37,072 nucleotides of DNA from an uncultured Fidelibacterota bacterium (GTDB taxonomy: Bacteria > Fidelibacterota > Fidelibacteria > Fidelibacterales > Fidelibacteraceae), in the NCBI GenBank assembly GCA_937862595.1, contig CALMFL010000159.1:1-37072 (forward strand), in the 5' to 3' direction. Under the pieces are notes generated by a model, which did not search any database, was not told where the DNA came from, and was given only the letters and a program-made list of their open reading frames with translations. Shown here piece by piece: positions 1 through 8,109 of the stretch. A program made the translations under genes and the position numbers. Position 1 is the first letter of the stretch. Each line of letters starts with the position of its first letter.

Positions 1-91
1 CCACATAGGCGTCCCCGGATACGATAATGATATCGCATTGAGACCAGCCGAGTTTTGTCATTTCTTGTATGTTTGTAGGGAAGACCTTCAT
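1..91 (-). CDS. YgiQ-family (UPF0313) radical SAM protein, first 30 codons only; the gene runs off the left edge
   Basis: Reverse-strand translation from ATG at 91..89 gives MKVFPTNIQEMTKLGWSQCDIIIVSGDAYV. This resembles the conserved YgiQ N-terminus (..LGW..D(V/I)ILV(T/S)GDAYVD..). It is absent from the ORF track because the window edge truncates it. Confidence 0.4.
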   Translation of the reverse strand, partial: MKVFPTNIQEMTKLGWSQCDIIIVSGDAYV

Positions 92-116
92 AGAGATGTC
101 TTCATGGTATGTAAAT

Positions 117-144
117 GTGCCGAACAGGCATGCCTGTTCGGTAC
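117..144. repeat. Copy 1 of a repeated perfect palindrome (core CCGAACAGGCATGCCTGTTCGG, 120..141)
   Basis: The 22-nt self-complementary sequence lies 14 nt beyond the cysS stop and 29 nt upstream of the ygiQ-like start. The 18-nt core GAACAGGCATGCCTGTTC and the trailing GTACA are shared with the copy at 1651..1672. No U-tract follows on either strand. Confidence 0.8.
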
Positions 145-154
145 ACTAATGATT

Positions 155-1567
155 TTATGATTTAATTTTATATCCCGTTCCATCTTTCCGGTCCAGCAGC
201 TCGATCCCCAGGGCATCCAGCTCGTCGCGAATGGCGTCTGCTCCGGCCCAGTTCCTTGCCGCGCGGGCTTCGTTGCGTTCGGCGATCTTACCTAAAATAA
301 AAGCCTCATCGACATTGGCCTTTTTCTCCTCGCGGAAGTAGATCACACCGAGGACCTGGTCTGCGCTATGAAATTCCCGGGCGATCAGGGCGGCGGATGC
401 ATCGGTGCAGGGAGTGCTTTTAACGATGCGCTGAATGGTTTTCATTGTTTCAAATATCGCACCCACGGCCCCGGAAATATTCAGGTCGTCGTCCATGGCT
501 TTTTTAAAATTGACCAGCATTCTGTCAAGGGCTTTCGCGATCTCGGGATCAGCGTCGCCCGGTTTTGCGTTCTTCAATTCAAAAAGAAAATTATCGATGC
601 GTTTCAGCGTGCTTTCGGCGGCGTCCAGAACATCGAGCGTAAAGTTCAGTTTCTGACGGTAATGTGTGGTAAGCAGGGCATAGCGGATCGCAGCGGGCGA
701 GTAGCCCTTGTCAATGAGGTCGGCAATATAGATGATATTCCCCAGCGACTTGCTCATTTTGCCGTTCTCCCAGAGCAGGTGCTCGCAGTGCAGCCAGTAC
801 CGGGCGAAGGGTTTGCCGGTGGCGCCTTCGCTTTGGGCGATCTCGTTCTCATGGTGCGGAAAGAGGTTGTCCACGCCGCCGGTGTGGATATCGAAGGTTT
901 CGCCGAGGTATTTCATGGACATCGCTGAGCACTCGATGTGCCACCCGGGGCGTCCTTTGCCGAGTTCCGTCTCCCAGAACACCTCGCCGTCGCCGGGCTT
1001 CCAGGCCTTCCACAAGGCAAAGTCGTTGACGGATTCCTTTTCGTATTCGTCGTCGTCCACCCGTGCGCCGGAGCGCATCTGCGTCATGTCCAGCCGCTGA
1101 AGCCGGCCGTATTCCGGGAAAGCGGCGATCTTGAAAAAAATGTTCCCGTCCTCGGCCCGGTAGGCCAGTCCCTTGTCCAGCAGTTTCTTTACGAGCGCCA
1201 CCATCTCGGGAATATGCTTCGTCGCCTCGGGATAATGCTCGGCGCGGTTGATCCCCAGCGTCTCGAGATCCCTGAAAAAGGCGTCTTTATAAACTGAGGT
1301 AACGTCATGAAGGGACTCCCCGGTCTCGGCGCATTTTTTAATGATCTTGTCGTCCACGTCGGTGAGGTTCATGACCTGCGTGACCGCGTACCCTTTGTAT
1401 TCCAGGTAGCGCCGGAGCAGGTCCGCGAACATGAAGGCGCGCAGATTCCCGATGTGCGGATAGCTGTAGACGGTCGGTCCGCAATTGTATATGCCCACCC
1501 GGCCTTCCACGACGGGTTTGAAGATCTCCTTTTTCCGGCTCATCGTGTTGTAGAATTTCAGTGCCAT
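155..1567 (-). CDS. cysS: Cysteine--tRNA ligase
   Basis: Class I aaRS motifs are present: HIGN (YPHIGNLRAF), KMSKS (GKMSKSLGN) and the Zn-site NCGPTVY. I place the start at the second ATG (1567) because AGGAG sits 5 nt upstream; the ORF-track start at 1591 adds 8 residues with no RBS. Confidence 0.95.
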   Translation of the reverse strand: MALKFYNTMSRKKEIFKPVVEGRVGIYNCGPTVYSYPHIGNLRAFMFADLLRRYLEYKGYAVTQVMNLTDVDDKIIKKCAETGESLHDVTSVYKDAFFRDLETLGINRAEHYPEATKHIPEMVALVKKLLDKGLAYRAEDGNIFFKIAAFPEYGRLQRLDMTQMRSGARVDDDEYEKESVNDFALWKAWKPGDGEVFWETELGKGRPGWHIECSAMSMKYLGETFDIHTGGVDNLFPHHENEIAQSEGATGKPFARYWLHCEHLLWENGKMSKSLGNIIYIADLIDKGYSPAAIRYALLTTHYRQKLNFTLDVLDAAESTLKRIDNFLFELKNAKPGDADPEIAKALDRMLVNFKKAMDDDLNISGAVGAIFETMKTIQRIVKSTPCTDASAALIAREFHSADQVLGVIYFREEKKANVDEAFILGKIAERNEARAARNWAGADAIRDELDALGIELLDRKDGTGYKIKS

Positions 1568-1650
1568 GGCGCTCCTCTGATATTTATTCAAAAATAAACA
1601 AAAAATCGATCCTTTAAAAGGAATCTTTCCGTATGCGGCGAATGGACATG

Positions 1651-1672
1651 CGGAACAGGCATGCCTGTTCCG
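1651..1672. repeat. Copy 2 of the repeated perfect palindrome (CGGAACAGGCATGCCTGTTCCG)
   Basis: This 22-nt perfect palindrome lies 28 nt past the ddl stop and about 85 nt upstream of the cysS start. It differs from copy 1 at one arm position, with the matching change in the other arm (CCGAAC..GTTCGG versus CGGAAC..GTTCCG). Confidence 0.8.
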
Positions 1673-1700
1673 TACAAAGTTGCGTGCAAAGATTATTTCT

Positions 1701-2693
1701 TTATTGGGAATTCAATGCATCTTCAATAATAATGGCCAGCAATTCAGGAAAGGAGATGCCTTTGGCCTTTGCGGATTTGGGGACCAGGCTGGATGCGGTC
1801 ATGCCGGGCAGGGTGTTGGCTTCCAGAAGATAGATCTCTTCCTTCGGCGTCATGCGGAAATCCACGCGCGCATAGTTCTTCAGTCCGAGCGCGCGATAGA
1901 CCCGGACCGCATCGTCCTGCATGCGCCGCGTGACGTTATCGCTGAGCGGGGCGGGGACCATGTATTCGGTTTTCGCGCCCATGTACTTGGCCTTGTAGTC
2001 GTTCACGCCGTGGGGGTTCACTTCAAGTATGGGGAACGCTTCGCCGCGGATCACCGGAATGTCGAATTCCCGCCCGGGAATAAAGGCTTCGATGATGACC
2101 TCGCTGCTGAAGCGCAGGGCCAGTTCCGTTGCATTGAAAAGATCGGCTTCTTCCTGAAAGACGGTCAGGCCGACGGAGGATCCGGAATCGTTGGGCTTGA
2201 CAACCAGAGGAAAACGGACCCGTTCGGGCGCATGCACGGGGATGCTGTGCAGCTCTTCCTCGGCGCAGGTCACGCCCGCGGACCGGGCAAGGATCTTCGT
2301 CCGGTACTTGTCCATGGCGATCGCGGAGGCTTCGAAGCCGGACCCGGTATAGGGGATGCCCGCCATGTCCAGGACCGCCGCGATCACGCCGTTCTCGCCG
2401 TTCCCGCCGTGCAGGGCGTTGAAAACCAGATCAATGCCGTGCTCCCGAAGGGTTGCGATATGCTCAATGAAATGCCGGTCGCTGAGCCGGTGCATGGCTT
2501 CGAAATCCATGTTCTCCATGGAAATGTTTGCCAGGCTTTCGCGGAAGGCGTCCTGTTCCGAAAGCGCGGAAGCGGGGTCCAGGTAAAGCACCCGATGCCC
2601 GCTGGCCGTCAGCGTCTTGCCGATGGCCGTTCCGCTTGACAGGGAGACCATCCGTTCGGGCGATGCGCCGCCCAGGAGTACGCAAATGTTCAT
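1701..2693 (-). CDS. ddl: D-alanine--D-alanine ligase (ATP-grasp)
   Basis: The N-terminus MNICVLLGGASPERMVSLSSG and the C-terminus EANTLPGMTASSLVPKSAKAKGISFPELL are typical of Ddl. The start is set at ATG 2693..2691, which overlaps the upstream gene's TGA as ATGA. The 30-residue ORF-track extension would run inside the upstream CDS. Confidence 0.9.
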   Translation of the reverse strand: MNICVLLGGASPERMVSLSSGTAIGKTLTASGHRVLYLDPASALSEQDAFRESLANISMENMDFEAMHRLSDRHFIEHIATLREHGIDLVFNALHGGNGENGVIAAVLDMAGIPYTGSGFEASAIAMDKYRTKILARSAGVTCAEEELHSIPVHAPERVRFPLVVKPNDSGSSVGLTVFQEEADLFNATELALRFSSEVIIEAFIPGREFDIPVIRGEAFPILEVNPHGVNDYKAKYMGAKTEYMVPAPLSDNVTRRMQDDAVRVYRALGLKNYARVDFRMTPKEEIYLLEANTLPGMTASSLVPKSAKAKGISFPELLAIIIEDALNSQ

Positions 2694-3253
2694 GTGTCGC
2701 TTCCTTCGTTCAGTTTCAGAATGGCATCCGCAGCTTCGCTGAAATTTCTGACTTGCTGATAGGGGACTTCGGAACTGTCGCATTTGACCTTGGTCACCGG
2801 ACCCCAGCCCTGTTCGACCAGGAAAAAGGGAACGCGCAGATGCTCGGCGGCGCGGGCGTCCCCGAACCCATCCCCGATCATGACCGATCCTTTGATGTCA
2901 AAGGCATGTTCGCGGGCGGCGCGGAGGAAGAGGGCGATCCCCGGTTTCCGGCAGTTGCATTCGTCGTCCCAGGTATGCGGACAATAGTAATAGGCGTCTA
3001 TATGTCCGCCGGCGCTTTCTGCCTCGCGGATCACCTCGTCAAAGATCGCCTCCGCGGCGCGTTTGCTGATCAGCTCTTTGCCGATCCCGGCCTGGTTGCT
3101 GATCACGATCACGCGGATCCCGGCCTTTGTCAGGCGCGCAAGGGCGGCGGGGACATCCTCGTGAATTTCCACATCCTCCAGGCGGAGCAGGTAGTCCGGT
3201 TTGTCCACGTTCAGCACGCCGTCGCGGTCGGTGAATACGGTAGAAATTTTCAT
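2690..3253 (-). CDS. gmhB: HAD-IIIA phosphatase, D,D-heptose 1,7-bisphosphate phosphatase-like
   Basis: HAD motif I is DRDGVLN. A Zn-finger-like insert CPHTWDDECNCRKP and a distal GDGFGD motif fit the GmhB / histidinol-phosphatase-like subfamily. Substrate specificity cannot be read from the sequence. Confidence 0.7.
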   Translation of the reverse strand: MKISTVFTDRDGVLNVDKPDYLLRLEDVEIHEDVPAALARLTKAGIRVIVISNQAGIGKELISKRAAEAIFDEVIREAESAGGHIDAYYYCPHTWDDECNCRKPGIALFLRAAREHAFDIKGSVMIGDGFGDARAAEHLRVPFFLVEQGWGPVTKVKCDSSEVPYQQVRNFSEAADAILKLNEGSDT

Positions 3254-3366
3254 GATGATATTTTATGGAAAATTCCGTTCGCGTGCAAATTCAAACATTT
3301 AAAACCTACAGTATTTTTTCAGAACCCGGTGCGGATCGCAGCGCCGGGACAACGCGGTGAATTTGA

Positions 3367-3395
3367 TTGACAATCATCAGGGATCGGAATAAATT
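3367..3395 (+). promoter_or_regulatory. Sigma70-like promoter candidate for the 3425 lipoprotein gene
   Basis: TTGACA (3367..3372), a 17-nt spacer, then TAAATT (3390..3395), ending 29 nt upstream of the ATG at 3425. This is a pattern match only. Confidence 0.3.
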
Positions 3396-3424
3396 TTCCC
3401 ATATCTTAAAAAAGGCGGTCTGCC

Positions 3425-4684
3425 ATGAAGAAATATCTTCTTCTTTTCATTGCGGTCTTTCTGCTCATTCACTGCGGTGTTTTTGAATTTCTCACCCGGC
3501 AGTACGTAACGATCAGCGGACGGATACCGCCGCCCTACCTTGACAAGCGGGGGGCCGCATCTCCCGGGGACGCGCTTACCCTGAGCGACGCCCAAAAAGT
3601 TCTGGCATTTTACGGCAATCATTATTCCCTGTCTGAGATCCGCAACGGGTCTTTCAGCATCGGCACGCCGGCCGGATGGGCGACCGCCCTGGCCTTTCTG
3701 GACAGCGGCAACGCCTTTATCGGGAACCTGTTCTGCGGCGGACTGAACATGCTGCCGCTGGTCGGGCTGATCGACGGCGGCCAAACGGCGATCGACCTGA
3801 GCAACCTTACTCTGGACGGCTGCAGCGTCATTCCGGAACACGACCCCCTCGGCAATGAGATCATCCTGGACGACGAAGTCCTCGAATGTCTGAGAATAAC
3901 GGGAGCTTATTTTGCGTCTCTTGCCGCGAACATCGACAGCGACGGGGACGGCATTCCGGATATCCTGAACGAAAAACAGGTTATTTTAACTTCCCGTTTT
4001 GTCCTGGAAGGCGGGCTTTACGGGACCGATACAAGCGACGCCGTGCTCTATGACTCGTCCCGCTACCGTCTCGGCTATTCCCTGCGTGCGGAGGGCGGCC
4101 GAAACGTCGCTCCCGACCAGGGCGACATCCGGCTTTCCGGTCCGCAGGAGGATCCCTATGCGCAAATCGACGTCTGGCAGCAGCTGTATCTTGCCGGCGG
4201 CGATTTTATTGCCAGTTTCAAGGTCGGGGGTTATGAAGATTCTTCGTTATCCGAGGGGATCTCCTCACCCTATCCTTTCCGCTTCGGGACCTATACGCTG
4301 ACAGTCGGGAACCTGCCCGGCAGGACCCTGTACTATTCAAATATGGGCGTTGAACCCTACCTTGCCCTGGCGGTTCCGACCCTCCGCACCGACGCCGACG
4401 GAAAGCTGACCTCCATCGGACTGGAATATCGGCTTCCCGACGGAACGCCCGTGGACCCGGTGCAGCTGCTGACGGACATCACGTTCCAGTTTGACAGCCA
4501 TGAAGGCCGCCTGTTTCAGCTGGGCGAGCTTTACGATCTGACAGACGCTCCGTCGGAGGTCGATTTCTCCGAAATAAGCGTTCGTCCTTCCCGGAATATC
4601 GACGGCCTCTGCCGCGTCACCGTCGGCTACATCGACCTGGTTGGGAACGAGTACAACGTGATCTGGTTCGACCGCGAGCCCTGA
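3425..4684 (+). CDS. Hypothetical lipoprotein (419 aa) with one DxDxDG calcium-binding-like motif
   Basis: Signal peptide plus lipobox-like cysteine (MKKYLLLFIAVFLLIHC). An internal DSDGDGIPD motif is thrombospondin-type-3-like. I recognise no family. Confidence 0.75.
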   Translation: MKKYLLLFIAVFLLIHCGVFEFLTRQYVTISGRIPPPYLDKRGAASPGDALTLSDAQKVLAFYGNHYSLSEIRNGSFSIGTPAGWATALAFLDSGNAFIGNLFCGGLNMLPLVGLIDGGQTAIDLSNLTLDGCSVIPEHDPLGNEIILDDEVLECLRITGAYFASLAANIDSDGDGIPDILNEKQVILTSRFVLEGGLYGTDTSDAVLYDSSRYRLGYSLRAEGGRNVAPDQGDIRLSGPQEDPYAQIDVWQQLYLAGGDFIASFKVGGYEDSSLSEGISSPYPFRFGTYTLTVGNLPGRTLYYSNMGVEPYLALAVPTLRTDADGKLTSIGLEYRLPDGTPVDPVQLLTDITFQFDSHEGRLFQLGELYDLTDAPSEVDFSEISVRPSRNIDGLCRVTVGYIDLVGNEYNVIWFDREP

Positions 4685-4940
4685 GAACCTATCCGGCGGA
4701 TCCCGCGCTTTTGCGATCCGGGCCTTGCGATTCACCGCTCCGCCCAGCCTGCGCTCATTTTCTTACATTGCTAAAATATCGATTGACATTCATGATTTTA
4801 CATGTCAAATTACTTTATAATTTATAGAATTTAGCAATAAGCTGCTGTTCAGACTCCTGTCTTGTACATCGGTCACAAAAACCGGGCCGACGCCTGCTTT
4901 CACCGGGATCCGCCGGACAGCGAGCAAAGGAGATACGAAA

Positions 4941-6002
4941 ATGAAAAAGACCTTTTTGCTCACACTGCTGGCGATCCTGACCGCCGCGTCCTGCTCAAAA
5001 GAGTTTCAGGGCATCAGTTACATGTTCGAGCGAGCTTCCGCGGGATTGGAAAAAACAACGCGGGTCCAGCATTTTGCTGCACAGCTTAAACCGACCCCCG
5101 ATGACAACACGAATTATGTCGGCCCCGAAGAAGCGATCGTCGCCTGTTCCCGGATCATCTTCCCCGCCCTTGAAGACGCGCAGGCGATCTTTGACAGTGT
5201 GGGGAGCGCCGCGGCTGCCATGCAGGAAATACCGATCGGCGAAACAAAATACCGGGATTATCTTTCCCGCGCTATCGTTGCCTATAATGCTCCGGCCGAT
5301 AACCCCCTGGTCATTTCCATCGATAACGCTCAAATGATGTATCTTGATACGCTTGATATTCTGGATGAAGATCGTTGGTGGGGTATGATGATGCAGGCCG
5401 TATATTATGAATTCGTTTTCGCAGATTTCCGGATGCGCTGGTACGCCCAAAACAGCGGACCTTACCGGGCGCAGGATGTTTTACTGAAGCGCGACGGTGA
5501 AAACAACTGGAAGTTTGTCTATAACCACTGCGCGCTGGATACCACGGGCGGCAACCGCAGCGAAACTTATACGCTCTTTCTCTCGGACACCCGCCGCGAA
5601 GACATCTTCTTCTGGGAGTTCGGCAACGCGGGCAGCGCACCCGTGAGTGACACGCTGACGCATGTCATGTACAGGTTCAGCCGCGATATGGAATTTCATC
5701 TCGGCACGGCCGGCGCCACCTCATTCAGAACATTCGGAAAAACTTCCACCGAACAGGCAGGCGGCGGTTTCGGACGGCTGGATGATCAGATCATCGGCTT
5801 CTCCATTTCCGTGATCTACAATTTGGATCCCAACTGCGCTTCGGGCACTTACGGATTGATGTATAATTTCGATACCGCCCAGGAAGGTATCGTGCGCTTT
5901 TCCGATCTTCAGCAAACGACGTCGTTTTCGAAACAACTGTGTCCCATCTCGAGCATCGAGTTCGAGGTGAGCTACGACTTTACCCCCCCTGTGCCGGAAT
6001 AA
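4941..6002 (+). CDS. Hypothetical lipoprotein (353 aa)
   Basis: MKKTFLLTLLAILTAASC is a signal peptide with a lipobox cysteine, and AAGGAG lies 8 nt upstream of the ATG. I recognise no family. Confidence 0.75.
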   Translation: MKKTFLLTLLAILTAASCSKEFQGISYMFERASAGLEKTTRVQHFAAQLKPTPDDNTNYVGPEEAIVACSRIIFPALEDAQAIFDSVGSAAAAMQEIPIGETKYRDYLSRAIVAYNAPADNPLVISIDNAQMMYLDTLDILDEDRWWGMMMQAVYYEFVFADFRMRWYAQNSGPYRAQDVLLKRDGENNWKFVYNHCALDTTGGNRSETYTLFLSDTRREDIFFWEFGNAGSAPVSDTLTHVMYRFSRDMEFHLGTAGATSFRTFGKTSTEQAGGGFGRLDDQIIGFSISVIYNLDPNCASGTYGLMYNFDTAQEGIVRFSDLQQTTSFSKQLCPISSIEFEVSYDFTPPVPE

Positions 6003-6158
6003 TATAGAAAGTCCGTAAAAATACGGGGGCGAATATCGTCGCGTGATTTTCCTTTGTCCCGCCTATTGTTGCTGAACCGGAAATAATTACTTGGGCTTGA
6101 TCCGCAAATATCGCTATATTTGGATGAATATATTATTTTTGAAAAGGACAACAAACAA

Positions 6159-7970
6159 ATGAAAGCCCTACATATCACATTGCGTTATTTCCTTATCCTG
6201 TGCCTTGCGGCGGCCTTCTTTTCCTGCGACCGCTTCCCTTCCGACCCGGACCTCGGAGATCCGCGGGATGCGCTCTATGTGCTCGTGGAAGCGCATGCGC
6301 TGAAACAGCTGTGGATCTACCATTATTTCGAGACCTTTTCCAACGGCTACGAGGAGGGACAGCTCTTTGTCTACGATCCGACCCCTGCCGAGCTTGAAGC
6401 GCTTTACCAGGAACTGCACAACCTTCTTCGCTTAAGCGACGACGTCATGATCGCCGCACAGACGCTGACGGATTCCCTCGGCCTGACCCCGACGCCCCTG
6501 AGCAAGACCAGCGGGATCTTCGGGTCGCTGTTCAGCTTCTTCTCCGAAGGCGCAGAGATGGGGGAACGCAGCCGGCAGCGCATTCTGACGGTGGTGTCCA
6601 ACATGACCGCGGATGAAAAGGCGGCGCTCTTCCAAAATCAGCTTCGGGACGTATGGCGGAATGAATTTACGGATGAGAACGATTTCTGGGCCAAACTCCA
6701 GAACGGGGATCTTGATGACCGGACCTCAAGCATCTTCAATGATTTTTACGACAATTCCGACCTGAGCAACCGTTTTGTTTCCCTGGCCAATGACGACAAC
6801 CTGACACCCGGAAAGATCTTTGTCAAGGAGGGCGCCAGCCTGACCGAAAAGGGCATGGATGTGGTGATCGAAGCGACCAAGCTCGCCACGCCGCTGGGCA
6901 AGGGCATGGATATGGTCGACGAGGGGAAAAAGTGGTGGGAAAAAGCCGAAAAGGCCGTGGACAAACCCCTGGACCTGCTCGGCGATGAGGTTAAGGAACG
7001 CGTCGCCGGAAAACTGGCCGGCATGGTGGATATCGACGGCGCCGTCAACGCCGTCGGGCTGGGGGAAAAGACGGCGACTGCGGTCAAGATCCTGTCCGAG
7101 ATCAGTTTCGGCACGGATGACACGCAGGAACTTTACGAGAACGCCATCGACTGGGGCATCGCCAAGATCACAAGTCCCGACAAATCCATCACCCCCGACG
7201 TGGTTGTCGCCGAGAACAAAAGCGGCGGAAGCTCCTTCCCGGACCTGATTTTCGGGGTGGGGAATTACGTTAACAATGCGGGGGAAATGTTAATGGCGTT
7301 GCCGGCGGGGAACTGGGATATAAACGCAATGGACAAAAAAGGGGAGAAAGCAACAACCCCGTCGGTTACTATTGTTGCGCAACAGGAGACCGCGGTTGAC
7401 ATCCAGATGACCGGCAGTCTGTTCCAGGATGTCATTACGCGACTGGAACTGGCGAATTTTATTAATATTTATTTTAAGTACGGTGACGAAACGGGACAAA
7501 GCATGGGAATGCAAAGCTACGAAGATCATCCGCTTTCCAGCACCGGATCCAGTTTCAGCGTCGGATATGATTTTTTCAATGATGACGGGGATCATTATAC
7601 CTGCAACATCAGCGGGAATATTACGATCATCAGTTATGATCTTCCGGGTATTACGCTGCAGGCCGAATGGTCTGTACAAACCCCAAATGACGGCGGTGTC
7701 AGCAGCGTTTATATCCGTCAGGAACAGGATATAAGTATTACAAATATGCCTTTTTCATATTTCAGCGGTGCTACGGGGACATATTTTGAGATCAACGATT
7801 ACTATAACCCGGAATTTAAGAGCTCGCTGTCCTCAATGGTAACATTCCGGGATAGATTGGCTTATTTTGATTATGAAAACAATATTATCAGCGATACTAC
7901 CTTTTCAACGATCCTGAATGCGAGCCAGTCGCGTTTGCGTGTCAGTTTTATGAACTTAAGCACGCCATAA
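6159..7970 (+). CDS. Hypothetical lipoprotein (603 aa)
   Basis: The start is set at the internal ATG (6159), giving MKALHITLRYFLILCLAAAFFSC (signal peptide plus lipobox). The 13 residues upstream in the ORF track lack signal-peptide character. I recognise no family. Confidence 0.7.
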   Translation: MKALHITLRYFLILCLAAAFFSCDRFPSDPDLGDPRDALYVLVEAHALKQLWIYHYFETFSNGYEEGQLFVYDPTPAELEALYQELHNLLRLSDDVMIAAQTLTDSLGLTPTPLSKTSGIFGSLFSFFSEGAEMGERSRQRILTVVSNMTADEKAALFQNQLRDVWRNEFTDENDFWAKLQNGDLDDRTSSIFNDFYDNSDLSNRFVSLANDDNLTPGKIFVKEGASLTEKGMDVVIEATKLATPLGKGMDMVDEGKKWWEKAEKAVDKPLDLLGDEVKERVAGKLAGMVDIDGAVNAVGLGEKTATAVKILSEISFGTDDTQELYENAIDWGIAKITSPDKSITPDVVVAENKSGGSSFPDLIFGVGNYVNNAGEMLMALPAGNWDINAMDKKGEKATTPSVTIVAQQETAVDIQMTGSLFQDVITRLELANFINIYFKYGDETGQSMGMQSYEDHPLSSTGSSFSVGYDFFNDDGDHYTCNISGNITIISYDLPGITLQAEWSVQTPNDGGVSSVYIRQEQDISITNMPFSYFSGATGTYFEINDYYNPEFKSSLSSMVTFRDRLAYFDYENNIISDTTFSTILNASQSRLRVSFMNLSTP

Positions 7971-7998
7971 ATCGCGGACGGGAAAAAGCATCGCCGCA

Positions 7999-8033
7999 AT
8001 CGGGTGGTGTTCCCTTGACCCGATCATTTTTTT
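7999..8033 (+). terminator. Rho-independent terminator candidate after the 6159..7970 gene
   Basis: A 7-bp stem ATCGGGT/ACCCGAT (7999..8005 and 8018..8024) with a 12-nt loop is followed by CA and TTTTTTT (8027..8033). Confidence 0.5.
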
Positions 8034-8109
8034 GTGAATTGAGTCAATCAGTCTTGTTTTCAATTGAATAATCCGTTGTTCTTTCCCGCATTCCCTTGTA
8101 TTTTCCCTT

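Noticed and set aside
1568-1700. T-box or other leader riboswitch upstream of cysS
   Set aside because: The spacer is only about 130 nt and is dominated by the 22-nt palindrome. I could not see a T-box motif or specifier-loop architecture.
1680-2639. 319-aa plus-strand ORF
   Set aside because: It is an antisense shadow of ddl with no motifs.
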